This document shows, in pieces, positions 18,608 through 28,237 of a stretch of DNA of 64,000 nucleotides. Location of the stretch: positions 160,001 through 224,000 of the forward strand of contig CAVYYZ010000001.1 in assembly GCA_963772835.1 (NCBI GenBank), in the 5' to 3' direction. Origin of the DNA: an uncultured delta proteobacterium. GTDB taxonomy: Bacteria > Desulfobacterota > Desulfuromonadia > Geobacterales > Pseudopelobacteraceae. Below the pieces are notes generated by a model that ran no database searches, was not told the DNA's origin, and was given only the letters and a program-made list of their open reading frames with translations. Both the position numbers and the translations under genes were made by a program. How positions within the stretch are numbered: the first letter of the stretch is position 1; the number at the start of each line of letters is the position of its first letter.

Positions 18608-19642
18608 GTGATGGTATGTAGTACAAAATCTAAACGCCGTTGTCGTTACCGTTCAATTCCGGTGGTCCCGGTTATCCTGCTGTTCTTACTCAGTTCCGTT
18701 CCCCGTATGGCTCAGGCCGGGGAAATTTTCGGTTTGTATGGTGCAACTGAAGAAGTAAACTCCTTGTTTCATTCTTTTGCCTATCAGGTGGAATACCGGG
18801 AAGGTCTGGGGGAAAACGCTGCCGTGAGCCTTTCCTATCTGAACGAGGGGCACATTCCAAACCACCACCGGGACGGAGTTGTTCCGATCATGCTCTGGGG
18901 GCGGACCAACCTCTTTGACCGCCGGCTCTCTTTGGCAGCCGGTGCCGGACCGTATCTCTATGCCGATACCACCCGGGTCAACGGCATTGCCAGAGATTAT
19001 CATGACCTGGGAGGGCTCATTGCCTTCTCCTCTACGTTCTATACCCGATCCAGAGTACTTCTTCAGGGAAGGGTCAACTGGGTTGTCACCGAAAAGAGTT
19101 TCAATACGGTCACCGCCCTGGTCGGCATCGCCTATCAGCTCGATTCGCCTCCTTCACCGGGACCTCTGCCGTTTCCCCCAAGTCAGAGGGAAAAAACGAC
19201 CGGCAACGAACTGTCACTGTATACCGGGCAGACGATTGTCAACAATCCCGGATCACCCAAGTCTCTCGCTACCTGTATCGAGTACCGGCGGGGGGTGTTG
19301 CGCTACCTTGATGCCAGTGTCGCATGGTTGAATGAGGGTGACAACGAACTGATCCGCCGCAACGGCGCACTCACCCAACTCTGGCTGAGCCGGGGGTTCC
19401 TCGGAGACCATCTCACCCTTGGTGCCGGATTCGGCGGATATTACTCCATCGATAAGCGGAAAGTCGACTCTGCCGATAAGGGTGGTTCACAATTTGCGTC
19501 CGGTGTCATGTCGTTGACCGTCAGTGCCAGGGATTTCGGTTTTGATCCGGCTCTTTCTTTTCGATTCATCATGAACCGGATTGTCACCAATTATGACAGG
19601 GACACCGATATTTTCCTCTTCGGAGTCGGGTACCGCTTCTAA
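18608..19642 (+). CDS. Putative outer-membrane beta-barrel protein with an internal duplication
   Basis: Signal peptide ending AQA, alternating amphipathic strands, C-terminal GVGYRF, and two similar halves each containing EYR..G....S.S/A.LNEG. Confidence 0.7.
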   Translation: MMVCSTKSKRRCRYRSIPVVPVILLFLLSSVPRMAQAGEIFGLYGATEEVNSLFHSFAYQVEYREGLGENAAVSLSYLNEGHIPNHHRDGVVPIMLWGRTNLFDRRLSLAAGAGPYLYADTTRVNGIARDYHDLGGLIAFSSTFYTRSRVLLQGRVNWVVTEKSFNTVTALVGIAYQLDSPPSPGPLPFPPSQREKTTGNELSLYTGQTIVNNPGSPKSLATCIEYRRGVLRYLDASVAWLNEGDNELIRRNGALTQLWLSRGFLGDHLTLGAGFGGYYSIDKRKVDSADKGGSQFASGVMSLTVSARDFGFDPALSFRFIMNRIVTNYDRDTDIFLFGVGYRF

Positions 19643-19802
19643 CAACCCTGTCATGAGAGGCGATAGTGCCGGAAGACGACCTGAGCTAATTATGCAGTTT
19701 CCGTCCGGAATCCCCGGACTGAAACGTTGAAATCATTCAGGCTCCTGCCACTGTACGCGGCGGTTGGAACAGATCTCCCTGAAACAGCCGGAAGAGAATG
19801 GA

Positions 19803-19841
19803 AATACCGGTGCAGGAGATGCTGTCTCCTGCACCGGTATT
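19803..19841. terminator. Perfect 17-bp hairpin between convergent genes
   Basis: AATACCGGTGCAGGAGA / TCTCCTGCACCGGTATT with a 5-nt loop and no long T tract. Confidence 0.55.
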
Positions 19842-19912
19842 CCGTCGGCGGCAGAGAATTTTAACCATCAGAACATACATGGCCGCGGACATTTTCCGGC
19901 CGGATTATGATT

Positions 19913-20215
19913 CTATGTATGGCAGTCCTCACACTTTACTGGCCCTTTGTCGTTCAGGTCATGGCACGATATACACATGGAGTGCGCCGTTTCCTTGCCC
20001 CAGTTGTCAATCTTCCACCTGTCCGGAATGTGGCAATGAAAACATTCACTGTTCTGAAGGTTTTGATGCTTCCTGTGCGAGAACTGCAGGGGTATAGAAC
20101 CGTTCTTCAGAGGTATGATTTCGGGTCCCGGGTTCTGCAGGGCTTCTGAGCCTGCTGCCGCACACATAACGATACAGGCGATACATACCGCCATCACTCC
20201 ACTTTTTCCCACCAT
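19913..20215 (-). CDS. Periplasmic triheme cytochrome c7 (PpcA family)
   Basis: Signal peptide, FSHRKH, three CxxCH motifs (CFHCH, CISCH, CEDCH), and the PpcA-type spacing KIDNWGKETAH and KGPVKC. Start taken as ATG 20215. Confidence 0.92.
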   Translation of the reverse strand: MVGKSGVMAVCIACIVMCAAAGSEALQNPGPEIIPLKNGSIPLQFSHRKHQNLQNSECFHCHIPDRWKIDNWGKETAHSMCISCHDLNDKGPVKCEDCHT

Positions 20216-20410
20216 TATTCTATACCCCCGCCGGTTGATGTAGTCAGAGGATAGCAGGTAATTGCCAATTGTCCATACCTGCTGAAACGGTTCGTTTGTT
20301 AATTGGCCGCTCATCGCAGCACGAATCCGTTATGAACGTTGACACGGATGTATGAATGAAGCTAAGAATTGAATGGAAGAGGGCATCACATACGATAAGG
20401 ATACATTCTC

Positions 20411-20953
20411 ATGGCATTACCATCAATCATATACCGGGTTACAGTTCAGCTCTCAGATGTCGATCGGGGAGTGTACGAGTCACTGCAGGCGACAGTTGCC
20501 CGTCATCCGTCAGAAACCGAAGAGCGCCTTGTGGCCAGGTTGCTGGCATATGCACTCTTCTTCGAGCCTGAACTGGCGTTTGCCAAGGGTATAAGCGCCG
20601 GTGATGAACCGGATCTCTGGTTGAAGGGACCTGATGACCGGGTGTTGCTGTGGGTTGAGGTCGGGCTGCCGGAGCCTGAAAGGCTCGTCAAGGCCGGGCG
20701 TCATGCGGAACGGGTCGCCCTGATCGCCTGCGGGAGAGCATTTCCGAAGTGGGAACAACAGCATATTTCGAAGCTTGAAGGCGTATCCAATCTGACACTG
20801 CTGCATGTTGACCAGCCGTTCATCAACAGCCTGGTTTCTCTGTTGGACCGTTCCATAAGCTGGTCTGTGACAGTGTCGGACGGTACCCTGTACATTGACG
20901 TCGGTGGTGAATCATTCGAGACGGTTATTCACGTACGGGCCGGAAGCAGATAA
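20411..20953 (+). CDS. yaeQ: YaeQ family protein
   Basis: MALPSIIY, ARHPSETEERLVARLLAY, DEPDLW and LWVEVGLP. Confidence 0.9.
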   Translation: MALPSIIYRVTVQLSDVDRGVYESLQATVARHPSETEERLVARLLAYALFFEPELAFAKGISAGDEPDLWLKGPDDRVLLWVEVGLPEPERLVKAGRHAERVALIACGRAFPKWEQQHISKLEGVSNLTLLHVDQPFINSLVSLLDRSISWSVTVSDGTLYIDVGGESFETVIHVRAGSR

Positions 20954-21049
20954 CAGCACCGGATTGACAGATCAGTGAATCTTCCCGCCGCTGCATGTTT
21001 CATGCGAATCTCTGAATAAAGAACGTACATGTTTTTTCTGTCTCACAAT

Positions 21050-21089
21050 AACAGAGGGCCGGGATTCAAAAAAATCCCGGCCCTCTGTT
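21050..21089. terminator. Hairpin between convergent genes (probable terminator)
   Basis: 17-bp stem AACAGAGGGCCGGGATT / AATCCCGGCCCTCTGTT. Confidence 0.6.
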
Positions 21090-21090
21090 G

Positions 21091-21327
21091 TCACTCTGAT
21101 GCGGCATTCTTCCGGATCAGGTCGATAACTTTTGTATATAAATCATCGCCATCCTTTCCGGTCACCCTCTTTTTGTCAACGACCGCCAGCGGCTGTTCAC
21201 GGCAGCTGCTGCACTGCTTGACACAATCCTTCACCTTGATGTTCAGGTCGGGAAACTCCTCTTCCAATCTCCGCATGACCTTGCCTTTACCCTTGTTGTG
21301 TTCGCAGAATCGAATCTTCATTGACAT
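21091..21327 (-). CDS. Small Cys-rich protein (DUF1450/YuzB-like)
   Basis: IRFCEHN...DCVKQCSSC...P.A.VD pattern, 3 nt downstream of the ferritin gene. Confidence 0.7.
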   Translation of the reverse strand: MSMKIRFCEHNKGKGKVMRRLEEEFPDLNIKVKDCVKQCSSCREQPLAVVDKKRVTGKDGDDLYTKVIDLIRKNAASE

Positions 21328-21330
21328 CCG

Positions 21331-21852
21331 CTACACCGCCAGCGGGGAGCCGACCGGGGCCACAAAAATGCGTTGCGCCATTTCTCCGTCGATCATAAGA
21401 ACCCCATAGCCGTTGTCACCGACCATTTTGAGCTTGGCAATCAGGTCGCGATCGTTATTTTCCTCTTCGATCTGCTCGGTTACAAACCACTGCAGGAAAA
21501 TCTGGGTGGCGTGATCCTTCTCCTGAACTGCCTGCTCGCTGAGATTGTTAATACAGGAGGTGATCAGCTGCTCGTGGATAAGGGTTTTCTGCATCATATC
21601 AAGCAGTGATTTGTATTTGTTCGGCACCGCCTTGCTGGCGGGCATTGAAATGACAATCCCCTGATCGGCCAGGTAGGTGTAAAACTTCATGAAGTGGATC
21701 ATCTCTTCCCGGTACTGCACGAAGAACCAGTTGGCGGCCCCTTTCAGTCCCATTTCATTGGCGCAGGATGACATGACGAGATACAGGTGTGCGGAGAAAA
21801 GCTCAAGGTTCATATGGGTGTTAAGCGAATCCGACATTTTTTTGCTGATCAT
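21331..21852 (-). CDS. ftn: Ferritin (FtnA-type)
   Basis: MISKKM..LN.HMNLE..S.HLY, EEMIH, HEQ.IT and FLQWFVTEQIEEE. RBS GGAGG upstream of ATG 21852. Confidence 0.93.
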   Translation of the reverse strand: MISKKMSDSLNTHMNLELFSAHLYLVMSSCANEMGLKGAANWFFVQYREEMIHFMKFYTYLADQGIVISMPASKAVPNKYKSLLDMMQKTLIHEQLITSCINNLSEQAVQEKDHATQIFLQWFVTEQIEEENNDRDLIAKLKMVGDNGYGVLMIDGEMAQRIFVAPVGSPLAV

Positions 21853-21948
21853 AAAAGTAACCTCCCGATTGTTTTCTTTCACTATACCGCAATTCAAGAC
21901 TTTTTCAATCCTGTATTATACGCGGGACGGAACGACACGGGAAAATAA

Positions 21949-22731
21949 TTATTGAATGGTCCTGCTGCGAGAGAGCAGCAGTGCACATGTGACCCCTGCT
22001 ACGAACATCGGCAGGCTGAGCAGCTGCCCCATGGAAAAGAGACCGTAGAAGAGGCCAATCTGGGCGTCAGGCTGGCGAAAAAATTCGACGGTAAAGCGGA
22101 ACAGCCCATAGCCGGCAATGGCGGCGCAGGTTGTAACGCCGTTAACGCGTGTCTTTTTCGAGATGAAACGGACGATGAAAAACAGTACAAGCCCTTCCAG
22201 AAATGCTTCGTACAGTTGCGACGGGTGTCGCGGGACCCCGTCACTGCCGGGAAAAATAATCCCCCAGGGTGCATCAGTCGGTCTGCCGTACAACTCCCCG
22301 TTTATGAAGTTGCCTATTCTTCCCAGCCCCAGCCCCACCGGTGCGCAGAGAGCCGCCATGTCAATCAGAGTCAGAAACGGAATCTTTCTGCGCCGGGCGA
22401 AGAGCACAAAGGCGAGCATGACACCAAGAAAGCCGCCATGGAAGGACATCCCCCCTTCCCAGACGGCAAAGAGTTTGAGCGGGTTGGCGAGATAAAATCC
22501 GAGGTTGTAGAACAGAATATACCCTGCACGCCCTCCCAGAACCACTCCCATGGCACCGTAAAAAACCAGATCGGCAACATCGTCTTTCGTCAGAGGCAGC
22601 TTTTTGCGGGTGACTTCAGAACGGAAAATAAAATAGGTGGCGATGAAGGAGAGAACATACATTAGCCCGTACCAGCGGAACTGGAGCGGGCCGATGCTCA
22701 GGAATACAGGGTCGATGTGTGGAAATTGCAT
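21949..22731 (-). CDS. lgt: Prolipoprotein diacylglyceryl transferase
   Basis: RWYGLMY, GGRAGY, WEGGMSFHGG, GRIGNFINGELYGR and RHPSQLYE. Confidence 0.97.
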   Translation of the reverse strand: MQFPHIDPVFLSIGPLQFRWYGLMYVLSFIATYFIFRSEVTRKKLPLTKDDVADLVFYGAMGVVLGGRAGYILFYNLGFYLANPLKLFAVWEGGMSFHGGFLGVMLAFVLFARRRKIPFLTLIDMAALCAPVGLGLGRIGNFINGELYGRPTDAPWGIIFPGSDGVPRHPSQLYEAFLEGLVLFFIVRFISKKTRVNGVTTCAAIAGYGLFRFTVEFFRQPDAQIGLFYGLFSMGQLLSLPMFVAGVTCALLLSRSRTIQ

Positions 22732-22748
22732 AAAATCGGGAACCTTGT

Positions 22749-24374
22749 TTATACTCCGCAGCCGCAATTGCGGGAGCAGGAGCCACTTCTCATTTTGAGG
22801 GCCTTTATGAAGCTGGCGTCGGTGGCGGCCTGAAGTTCATCGACAACGGGAGCCGGCACAGGTGAGTCAAGCGACAGGATAACCATTGCCTCACCCTTTT
22901 TCACACTCCGTCCGAGGTTCATCGAGGCGATGTTGATGTCGTGCTGTCCCATGATTGTTCCGATTTTCCCGATCATGCCGGGGCGGTCTTCGTAATTCAG
23001 CAGCAGCATATGTTCGTCGGGGGTAAAGTCCATGGAATAGTCCCGCAACTGGACAATGCGCGGGTGGCCGTCAAAGAGGGTGCCGGCGACCAGTCTCCGT
23101 TTTCCTTTTCCCTCGAGGGTGAGGGTGATGACGTTGGAGAAGGCGTCGGACTGTGTGGATTTGGTCTCCTCTACGATAATTCCCATCTGTTCTGCAATCA
23201 GGCCGGCGTTAACCATGTTGACATCCTGGTCGAGTTTGCGGTTCAAGAGTGCCGAAAGTCCGCAGACGGCAAGCGGCGAACAGTCATAATGGGCAATTGC
23301 GCCGCTGAATCCGAAGGTGACCTTTTCCAGATTCGTGTCTACCAGCTGTACGCCGAAATCGCAGATGACGCTCATCAGGTTGAGGAACGGCCGCATCTGA
23401 TCCATCAGAGCCATATCAAAACGGGGGATGTTCACTGCATTTTCCATCGGTTTGTCATCCAGGTAGTTGATGATTTCCTGAGATACATCAATTGCAACAT
23501 TGATTTGAGCTTCGAAGGTGTTGGCCCCCAGATGGGGCGTGACCACCAGATTTTTATGAGCGATCAGCTGTTTGAGAGTGTCGGTAACGGGGGGCTCTTC
23601 GCTCCAGACATCAAACGCAGCGCCGAGTACTTTGCCTGAATTCAGGTTGTCCAGCATTGCCTGCTCATTAATGATACCGCCGCGGGCAACATTAAGGACG
23701 ATCACGCCCGTTTTCATCAGGCCGAACTCGCGCGCTCCGATCATCCCTTTGGTCTCTTCATTGAGCGGGGTGTGGACGGTAATAATGTCGCAGTTTTTAT
23801 AAATTTCGTCATGGGACACCAGTTTGACCCCCAGGTCGTGGGCCCGCTTGACGGAAATATACGGATCACACGCCAGCACGTCGCATTCAAACGCTTTCAG
23901 GCGGGAGACAACCCGTCCGCCGACTTTGCCAATGCCGATAACCCCGGCCGTTTTACTCTTCAGTTCGTGACCGGTAAAGGGCGCCCGCTTCCACTCACCC
24001 GCTTTCAGACTGTTATTTGCTGTCGTCACGTTGCGACAGAATGACAGAAGCAGTGCCATGGTGTGTTCTGCTGCACTATTCGTGTTGCCGAAAGGGGCAT
24101 TGACAACAATCACCCCTTTTGAACTTGCATAGTCGACATCGACATTGTCGATACCGACCCCGGCCCTGGCTACCAGCTTCAGGCGGGTGGCCGCATCCAG
24201 AAGCGCCTTGTCAACGGTTGTCCCGCTGCGGGTGATAATGACTTCATAGTCGCCGATGACGGCCAGCAATTCTTCTTTATTCAAACCAAGTTTAACGTCC
24301 AGCTGAATGCGGGGTTCCTGGGTTAAGAGAGCCAGACCCTCTGCTGAAACTTCATCTGTTACAATAATCTTCAT
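22749..24374 (-). CDS. serA: D-3-phosphoglycerate dehydrogenase
   Basis: RAGVGIDNVD, GIGKVG, NVARGG, TPHLGA and a C-terminal ACT domain (DRPGMIGKIG). Confidence 0.96.
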   Translation of the reverse strand: MKIIVTDEVSAEGLALLTQEPRIQLDVKLGLNKEELLAVIGDYEVIITRSGTTVDKALLDAATRLKLVARAGVGIDNVDVDYASSKGVIVVNAPFGNTNSAAEHTMALLLSFCRNVTTANNSLKAGEWKRAPFTGHELKSKTAGVIGIGKVGGRVVSRLKAFECDVLACDPYISVKRAHDLGVKLVSHDEIYKNCDIITVHTPLNEETKGMIGAREFGLMKTGVIVLNVARGGIINEQAMLDNLNSGKVLGAAFDVWSEEPPVTDTLKQLIAHKNLVVTPHLGANTFEAQINVAIDVSQEIINYLDDKPMENAVNIPRFDMALMDQMRPFLNLMSVICDFGVQLVDTNLEKVTFGFSGAIAHYDCSPLAVCGLSALLNRKLDQDVNMVNAGLIAEQMGIIVEETKSTQSDAFSNVITLTLEGKGKRRLVAGTLFDGHPRIVQLRDYSMDFTPDEHMLLLNYEDRPGMIGKIGTIMGQHDINIASMNLGRSVKKGEAMVILSLDSPVPAPVVDELQAATDASFIKALKMRSGSCSRNCGCGV

Positions 24375-24476
24375 GACCGTATCTCCAATGGCTATGGAAT
24401 TTTGACATTACACAATAGTCTTGAAGGAAAAAAAATGCAAGCATGGCAGCCGTAAATAGTGGTATACCGTTGAACC

Positions 24477-24941
24477 ATGAACCCATTCAATATCGTTCTC
24501 ATTGAACCTGAAATACCTCCGAACACCGGAAATATCGCACGTTTGTGTGCCGCTACCGGAGCGGTCCTGCATTTGGTCGGGCAGCTCGGATTCTCCCTCG
24601 ATGACCGATATCTCAAACGGGCAGGTCTTGACTATTGGAAATATGTTTCCCTGCAGCAGTGGCCCGACCTTGAAACACTTCAGGCGGCAGCATCGGGCGG
24701 ACGTTTTTTCTATCTGAGTACCAAGGTCGGCCGGAGTTATCTGGATGCCGGCTTTCAGCCGGGTGATTATATCGTACTCGGCAAGGAGACCAGGGGGTTG
24801 CCGGAAGAACTGCTCAGTGCCAATCCGGAAACTTCATTCACCATTCCGATGCCGTCCGGAAATGTACGCAGTCTCAACCTGTCAACTTCGGCCGGAATCG
24901 TGCTGTATGAAGCGCTGCGTCAAAGCGGGATGCTTTTGTAA
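24477..24941 (+). CDS. trmL: tRNA (cytidine/uridine-34 2'-O)-methyltransferase
   Basis: PEIPPNTGNIAR, KRAGLDYW, GKETRGL and RSLNLS. Confidence 0.93.
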   Translation: MNPFNIVLIEPEIPPNTGNIARLCAATGAVLHLVGQLGFSLDDRYLKRAGLDYWKYVSLQQWPDLETLQAAASGGRFFYLSTKVGRSYLDAGFQPGDYIVLGKETRGLPEELLSANPETSFTIPMPSGNVRSLNLSTSAGIVLYEALRQSGMLL

Positions 24942-25321
24942 TGCTGGCCAGAGCGGTCATCTGGATGAATCTGGCGCTTTTTTTCTACACCTGGGCTGTT
25001 TTCAGCGGTCGCAGGCAGGGATTGCACCTGAAACATCTGGCTGTATTCGGAACCGGTCTCGTTTTTGATTTTCTGGGTACTCATCAGATGAATCTGGTCG
25101 CCCGGATGTACGGCAAAGCACCGGAATGGCACAATATCACCGGCATAGCCTCACTGGCAGGAATGGGCTTTCATTTCCTGCTGGCGTTGACTGCCGTACT
25201 GCTGCATCGTGCAGAAGCTGTCAACGTGCTCTTTCATCGCGTCAGCCTGACGATCTACAGCTGCTGGCTTCTGGCCTTTGTCAGTGGCGCCGTGTCCGGG
25301 ATGATGCGGATGAAAGGATGA
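24941..25321 (+). CDS. Four-helix membrane protein (TIGR03987/HsmA-like)
   Basis: Four hydrophobic segments with ALFFYT, HL..F..GL.FD..GT..M and H..TG. Translationally coupled to trmL (TAATG). Confidence 0.65.
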   Translation: MLARAVIWMNLALFFYTWAVFSGRRQGLHLKHLAVFGTGLVFDFLGTHQMNLVARMYGKAPEWHNITGIASLAGMGFHFLLALTAVLLHRAEAVNVLFHRVSLTIYSCWLLAFVSGAVSGMMRMKG

Positions 25322-26523
25322 ATCTGATGCACCCTTATCTGACCGGCACCGTTCCCGGTACCGGAGGAACAATCAAGGAAACCCCCGGGGACTTCATTGT
25401 CGAAGAGATCCCATCCTATCTTCCCTGCGGTTCCGGCGAACACTGCTACCTGACGATCGAGAAGTACGGCATCACCACACTGGAGGCGATACGCCGCATT
25501 GCACAGAGCCTGAAGGTTCCTGAACGCGATATAGGCTATGCCGGCATGAAGGATTCCGTCGGTATTACCCGCCAGACGATTTCAATCCAGCGTATCACTC
25601 CTTCGAGGGTGCTCGCCCTCGAACTGGACGGCGTCAGAGTCGTTTCGGCGGAACAACACACCAACAAGCTGAAAGTGGGGCATCTCAAGGGGAATCGCTT
25701 TCGTATCGTCATTCGAGGTGTCTCCGGTATCGCTGAAAATTCAGTCCCGGCAGTACTGGATATACTCGGGGAACGTGGGGTCCCGAATTATTTCGGGTAT
25801 CAGCGCTATGGCGCTCAGGGGAATTCGCACCGTATCGGGTCGGCAATGCTGCGACGGGACTGGCGCGACTGTGTGGATCTGCTGGTTGGTGATCCGGATG
25901 CAATCCGGGATGAGGCGTGGTCATCCGCAATCTTCGCCTATAAGCAGGGTGATGTGGCGGCGGCGCTTCGGCTGTACCCCCGCCATTGTCGCAACGAGCG
26001 TGATGTACTGCAGCGGCTTGTTACCCGGCCGGAACAGTATGAGAAAGCATTTTCCGCCCTGCATCCCCGCATGAAAAAGCTGTATCTTTCAGCTGTTCAA
26101 TCTTTTCTGTTTGATCAGACGGTGGCACGGCGGATTGATCGTATTGACGGGTTGATGACCGGTGATCTGGCCTGCAAGCATCTCAACGGTGCCTGCTTTA
26201 TGGTCGAAGATGCTGACGGGGAGCGTGACAGGGCAGCAGCGTTTGAAATATCGGCAAGCGGGCCGATGTTCGGCTGCAAAATGAAGCGCCCCGAAGGGGC
26301 GGTGTGGGAGCTTGAACGGGAAATTCTGGAACAGGCGGGGATGGAATTGTCTCTTTTTGACCTGCCTGGCGATCTCCGCATGGAAGGCGAACGGAGGCCG
26401 TTGCGAGTACCCCCCGGAGATCTTTCCTGGAGCGTTTCAGGAGATGCGGTGACCGTCGAGTTTTCACTCCCGAAGGGGTCGTATGCGACATCGCTGATTC
26501 GTGAAGTAACCAAAACATTCTAA
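25318..26523 (+). CDS. truD: tRNA pseudouridine(13) synthase
   Basis: DFIVEE, GEH, YAGMKD, GHLKGNRF, PNYFGYQRYG and FSLPKGSYAT. Start is 25318 or 25327. Confidence 0.95.
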   Translation: MNLMHPYLTGTVPGTGGTIKETPGDFIVEEIPSYLPCGSGEHCYLTIEKYGITTLEAIRRIAQSLKVPERDIGYAGMKDSVGITRQTISIQRITPSRVLALELDGVRVVSAEQHTNKLKVGHLKGNRFRIVIRGVSGIAENSVPAVLDILGERGVPNYFGYQRYGAQGNSHRIGSAMLRRDWRDCVDLLVGDPDAIRDEAWSSAIFAYKQGDVAAALRLYPRHCRNERDVLQRLVTRPEQYEKAFSALHPRMKKLYLSAVQSFLFDQTVARRIDRIDGLMTGDLACKHLNGACFMVEDADGERDRAAAFEISASGPMFGCKMKRPEGAVWELEREILEQAGMELSLFDLPGDLRMEGERRPLRVPPGDLSWSVSGDAVTVEFSLPKGSYATSLIREVTKTF

Positions 26524-26671
26524 CTGGCTCACATACAGCGAGAAGCAGAAGCGTAAAAAGACTTTGAATAAAACGCATACAGACCGGTAATTCTCACATA
26601 CAGTTTGTTCCCGGGTATCATTCACGTTCCCGGTGTTACAGATTATTTTATTAATTTTGGAATATCAGCAC

Positions 26672-26700
26672 AAAAAAACCGGCAGAGCGCCGGTTTTTTT
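26672..26700. terminator. Bidirectional intrinsic terminator between truD and ackA
   Basis: A7-CCGGC-loop-GCCGG-T7. Confidence 0.8.
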
Positions 26701-26726
26701 GTGTCCTGTCAGTTCACGGATATCGA

Positions 26727-27992
26727 TTATTTCCGGACGAAATCCGCTTTTGCGAACGAATATTCAAAGTTCATGTGATCGGTGTAGGTGCCGTTCAGTA
26801 TACCGACAACATCTTCCGTGAACACCAGTTCTTCATCGGTCGGGATGACATACACTTTGACCGGTGAGTCATCGGTGGTGATAAGGGTTTCCCGCTTGCG
26901 GGTCATCGCGCCGCTGTTCCGTTCACGGTCAAGGATGATGCCGATATGATCCAGCCCTTCGATCGCTTTCTCACGGATGGCAGCGCCCATTTCTCCAACC
27001 CCGGCGGTGAATACAACCGCGTCGAGTTTGCCGACTGCAGCCATATAGGCACCGATGTATTTCTTCAAGCGGTACGCTTCAATGTCCAGCGACAGTTGAC
27101 AGCGTTTATCCCCTGCATTTGCATGTTCGATGACATCACGGCGGTCAGTAAAACGGCCGGTAATTCCGATTACACCGCTTTTTTTGTTGAGTATGCTGTC
27201 AATCTCCTTGGCAGAAAGATTGTCTTTCTGCATCATGAAAGCAGGAATAGCCGGGTCGATATCTCCGCAGCGGGTTCCCATGACCGCACCTTCCAGCGGG
27301 GTGAGCCCCATAGTGGTGTCGACAGAAATGCCGTTTTTTATGGCACAATGGGACACACCATTGCCGATGTGCATGGTAACTATGTTGGTGTCTTTAGGGT
27401 CCTTGCCGAGCAGTGCAGCTGCGCGTTTTGAAACATACAGGTGCGACGTGCCGTGAAATCCGTAGCGCCTGACCTGATACTTTTCATACCATTCGTAAGG
27501 GAGCGGATAAATGTAGGCATGTTCGGGCATCGTCTGATGAAAAGCCGTGTCGAAAATGGCAATATGCGGAACGTTCGGCATGAGGGCCTGGGCAGCCTCG
27601 ATGCCTTCGATGTTGGGAGGGTTATGGAGAGGGGCCAGGTGCTGCACTTCTTTTACGGCATGCAGCACACTCTCGTCTATCATGACTGAACAGGTGAATT
27701 TTTCACCGCCATGCACGACACGATGGCCAACCGCTGAAATCTCATTGACGCTTTTCAGTACTCCATGGACCGGGTCTATAACGGTTTTGATAAGCAGATC
27801 GATCGCTTCCTGGTGATTGGCGCAGTCAAGTTCGTGATGATAATTCTCATGACCGGGCACTTCATGCACAATATACGAGCCGCCAATAATAACTCGTTCT
27901 ACCATACCCTTGGCGACAACCTCCATTTTCTGCCAATCGAAAAGTTGATATTTTACTGATGAGCTTCCGCAGTTTAACGCCATGATAATCAT
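26727..27992 (-). CDS. ackA: Acetate kinase
   Basis: NCGSSSVKYQL, GHRVVHGG, APLHNP, FDTAFH, RRYGFHGTSH and TPLEG. Confidence 0.97.
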   Translation of the reverse strand: MIIMALNCGSSSVKYQLFDWQKMEVVAKGMVERVIIGGSYIVHEVPGHENYHHELDCANHQEAIDLLIKTVIDPVHGVLKSVNEISAVGHRVVHGGEKFTCSVMIDESVLHAVKEVQHLAPLHNPPNIEGIEAAQALMPNVPHIAIFDTAFHQTMPEHAYIYPLPYEWYEKYQVRRYGFHGTSHLYVSKRAAALLGKDPKDTNIVTMHIGNGVSHCAIKNGISVDTTMGLTPLEGAVMGTRCGDIDPAIPAFMMQKDNLSAKEIDSILNKKSGVIGITGRFTDRRDVIEHANAGDKRCQLSLDIEAYRLKKYIGAYMAAVGKLDAVVFTAGVGEMGAAIREKAIEGLDHIGIILDRERNSGAMTRKRETLITTDDSPVKVYVIPTDEELVFTEDVVGILNGTYTDHMNFEYSFAKADFVRK

Positions 27993-28237
27993 GTATGTCC
28001 CCTTCAAAAAAAGGTGTATTTGTTATATTCTCAGTAAAAAAATAACATCGAAACTAAAATAACTAGCTGTAATAAAACTGTTTTTGATATATACACGGAA
28101 CTCGAATTGAATTCAACAAAATATGTGCCGGCTGATTTGCCGGAGGGGAGATTTCTTTGCTGGACATTTAAAATCCGGTATGGTACATCAAACTCCGCTT
28201 TCCGTCAGGCGAGCTAATCTAACAAGGAGGTGAAATT

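Noticed and set aside
18608..20215. Porin-cytochrome conduit
   Set aside because: The barrel and cytochrome genes are convergent and separated by a hairpin, and the cytochrome is a small soluble c7 type.
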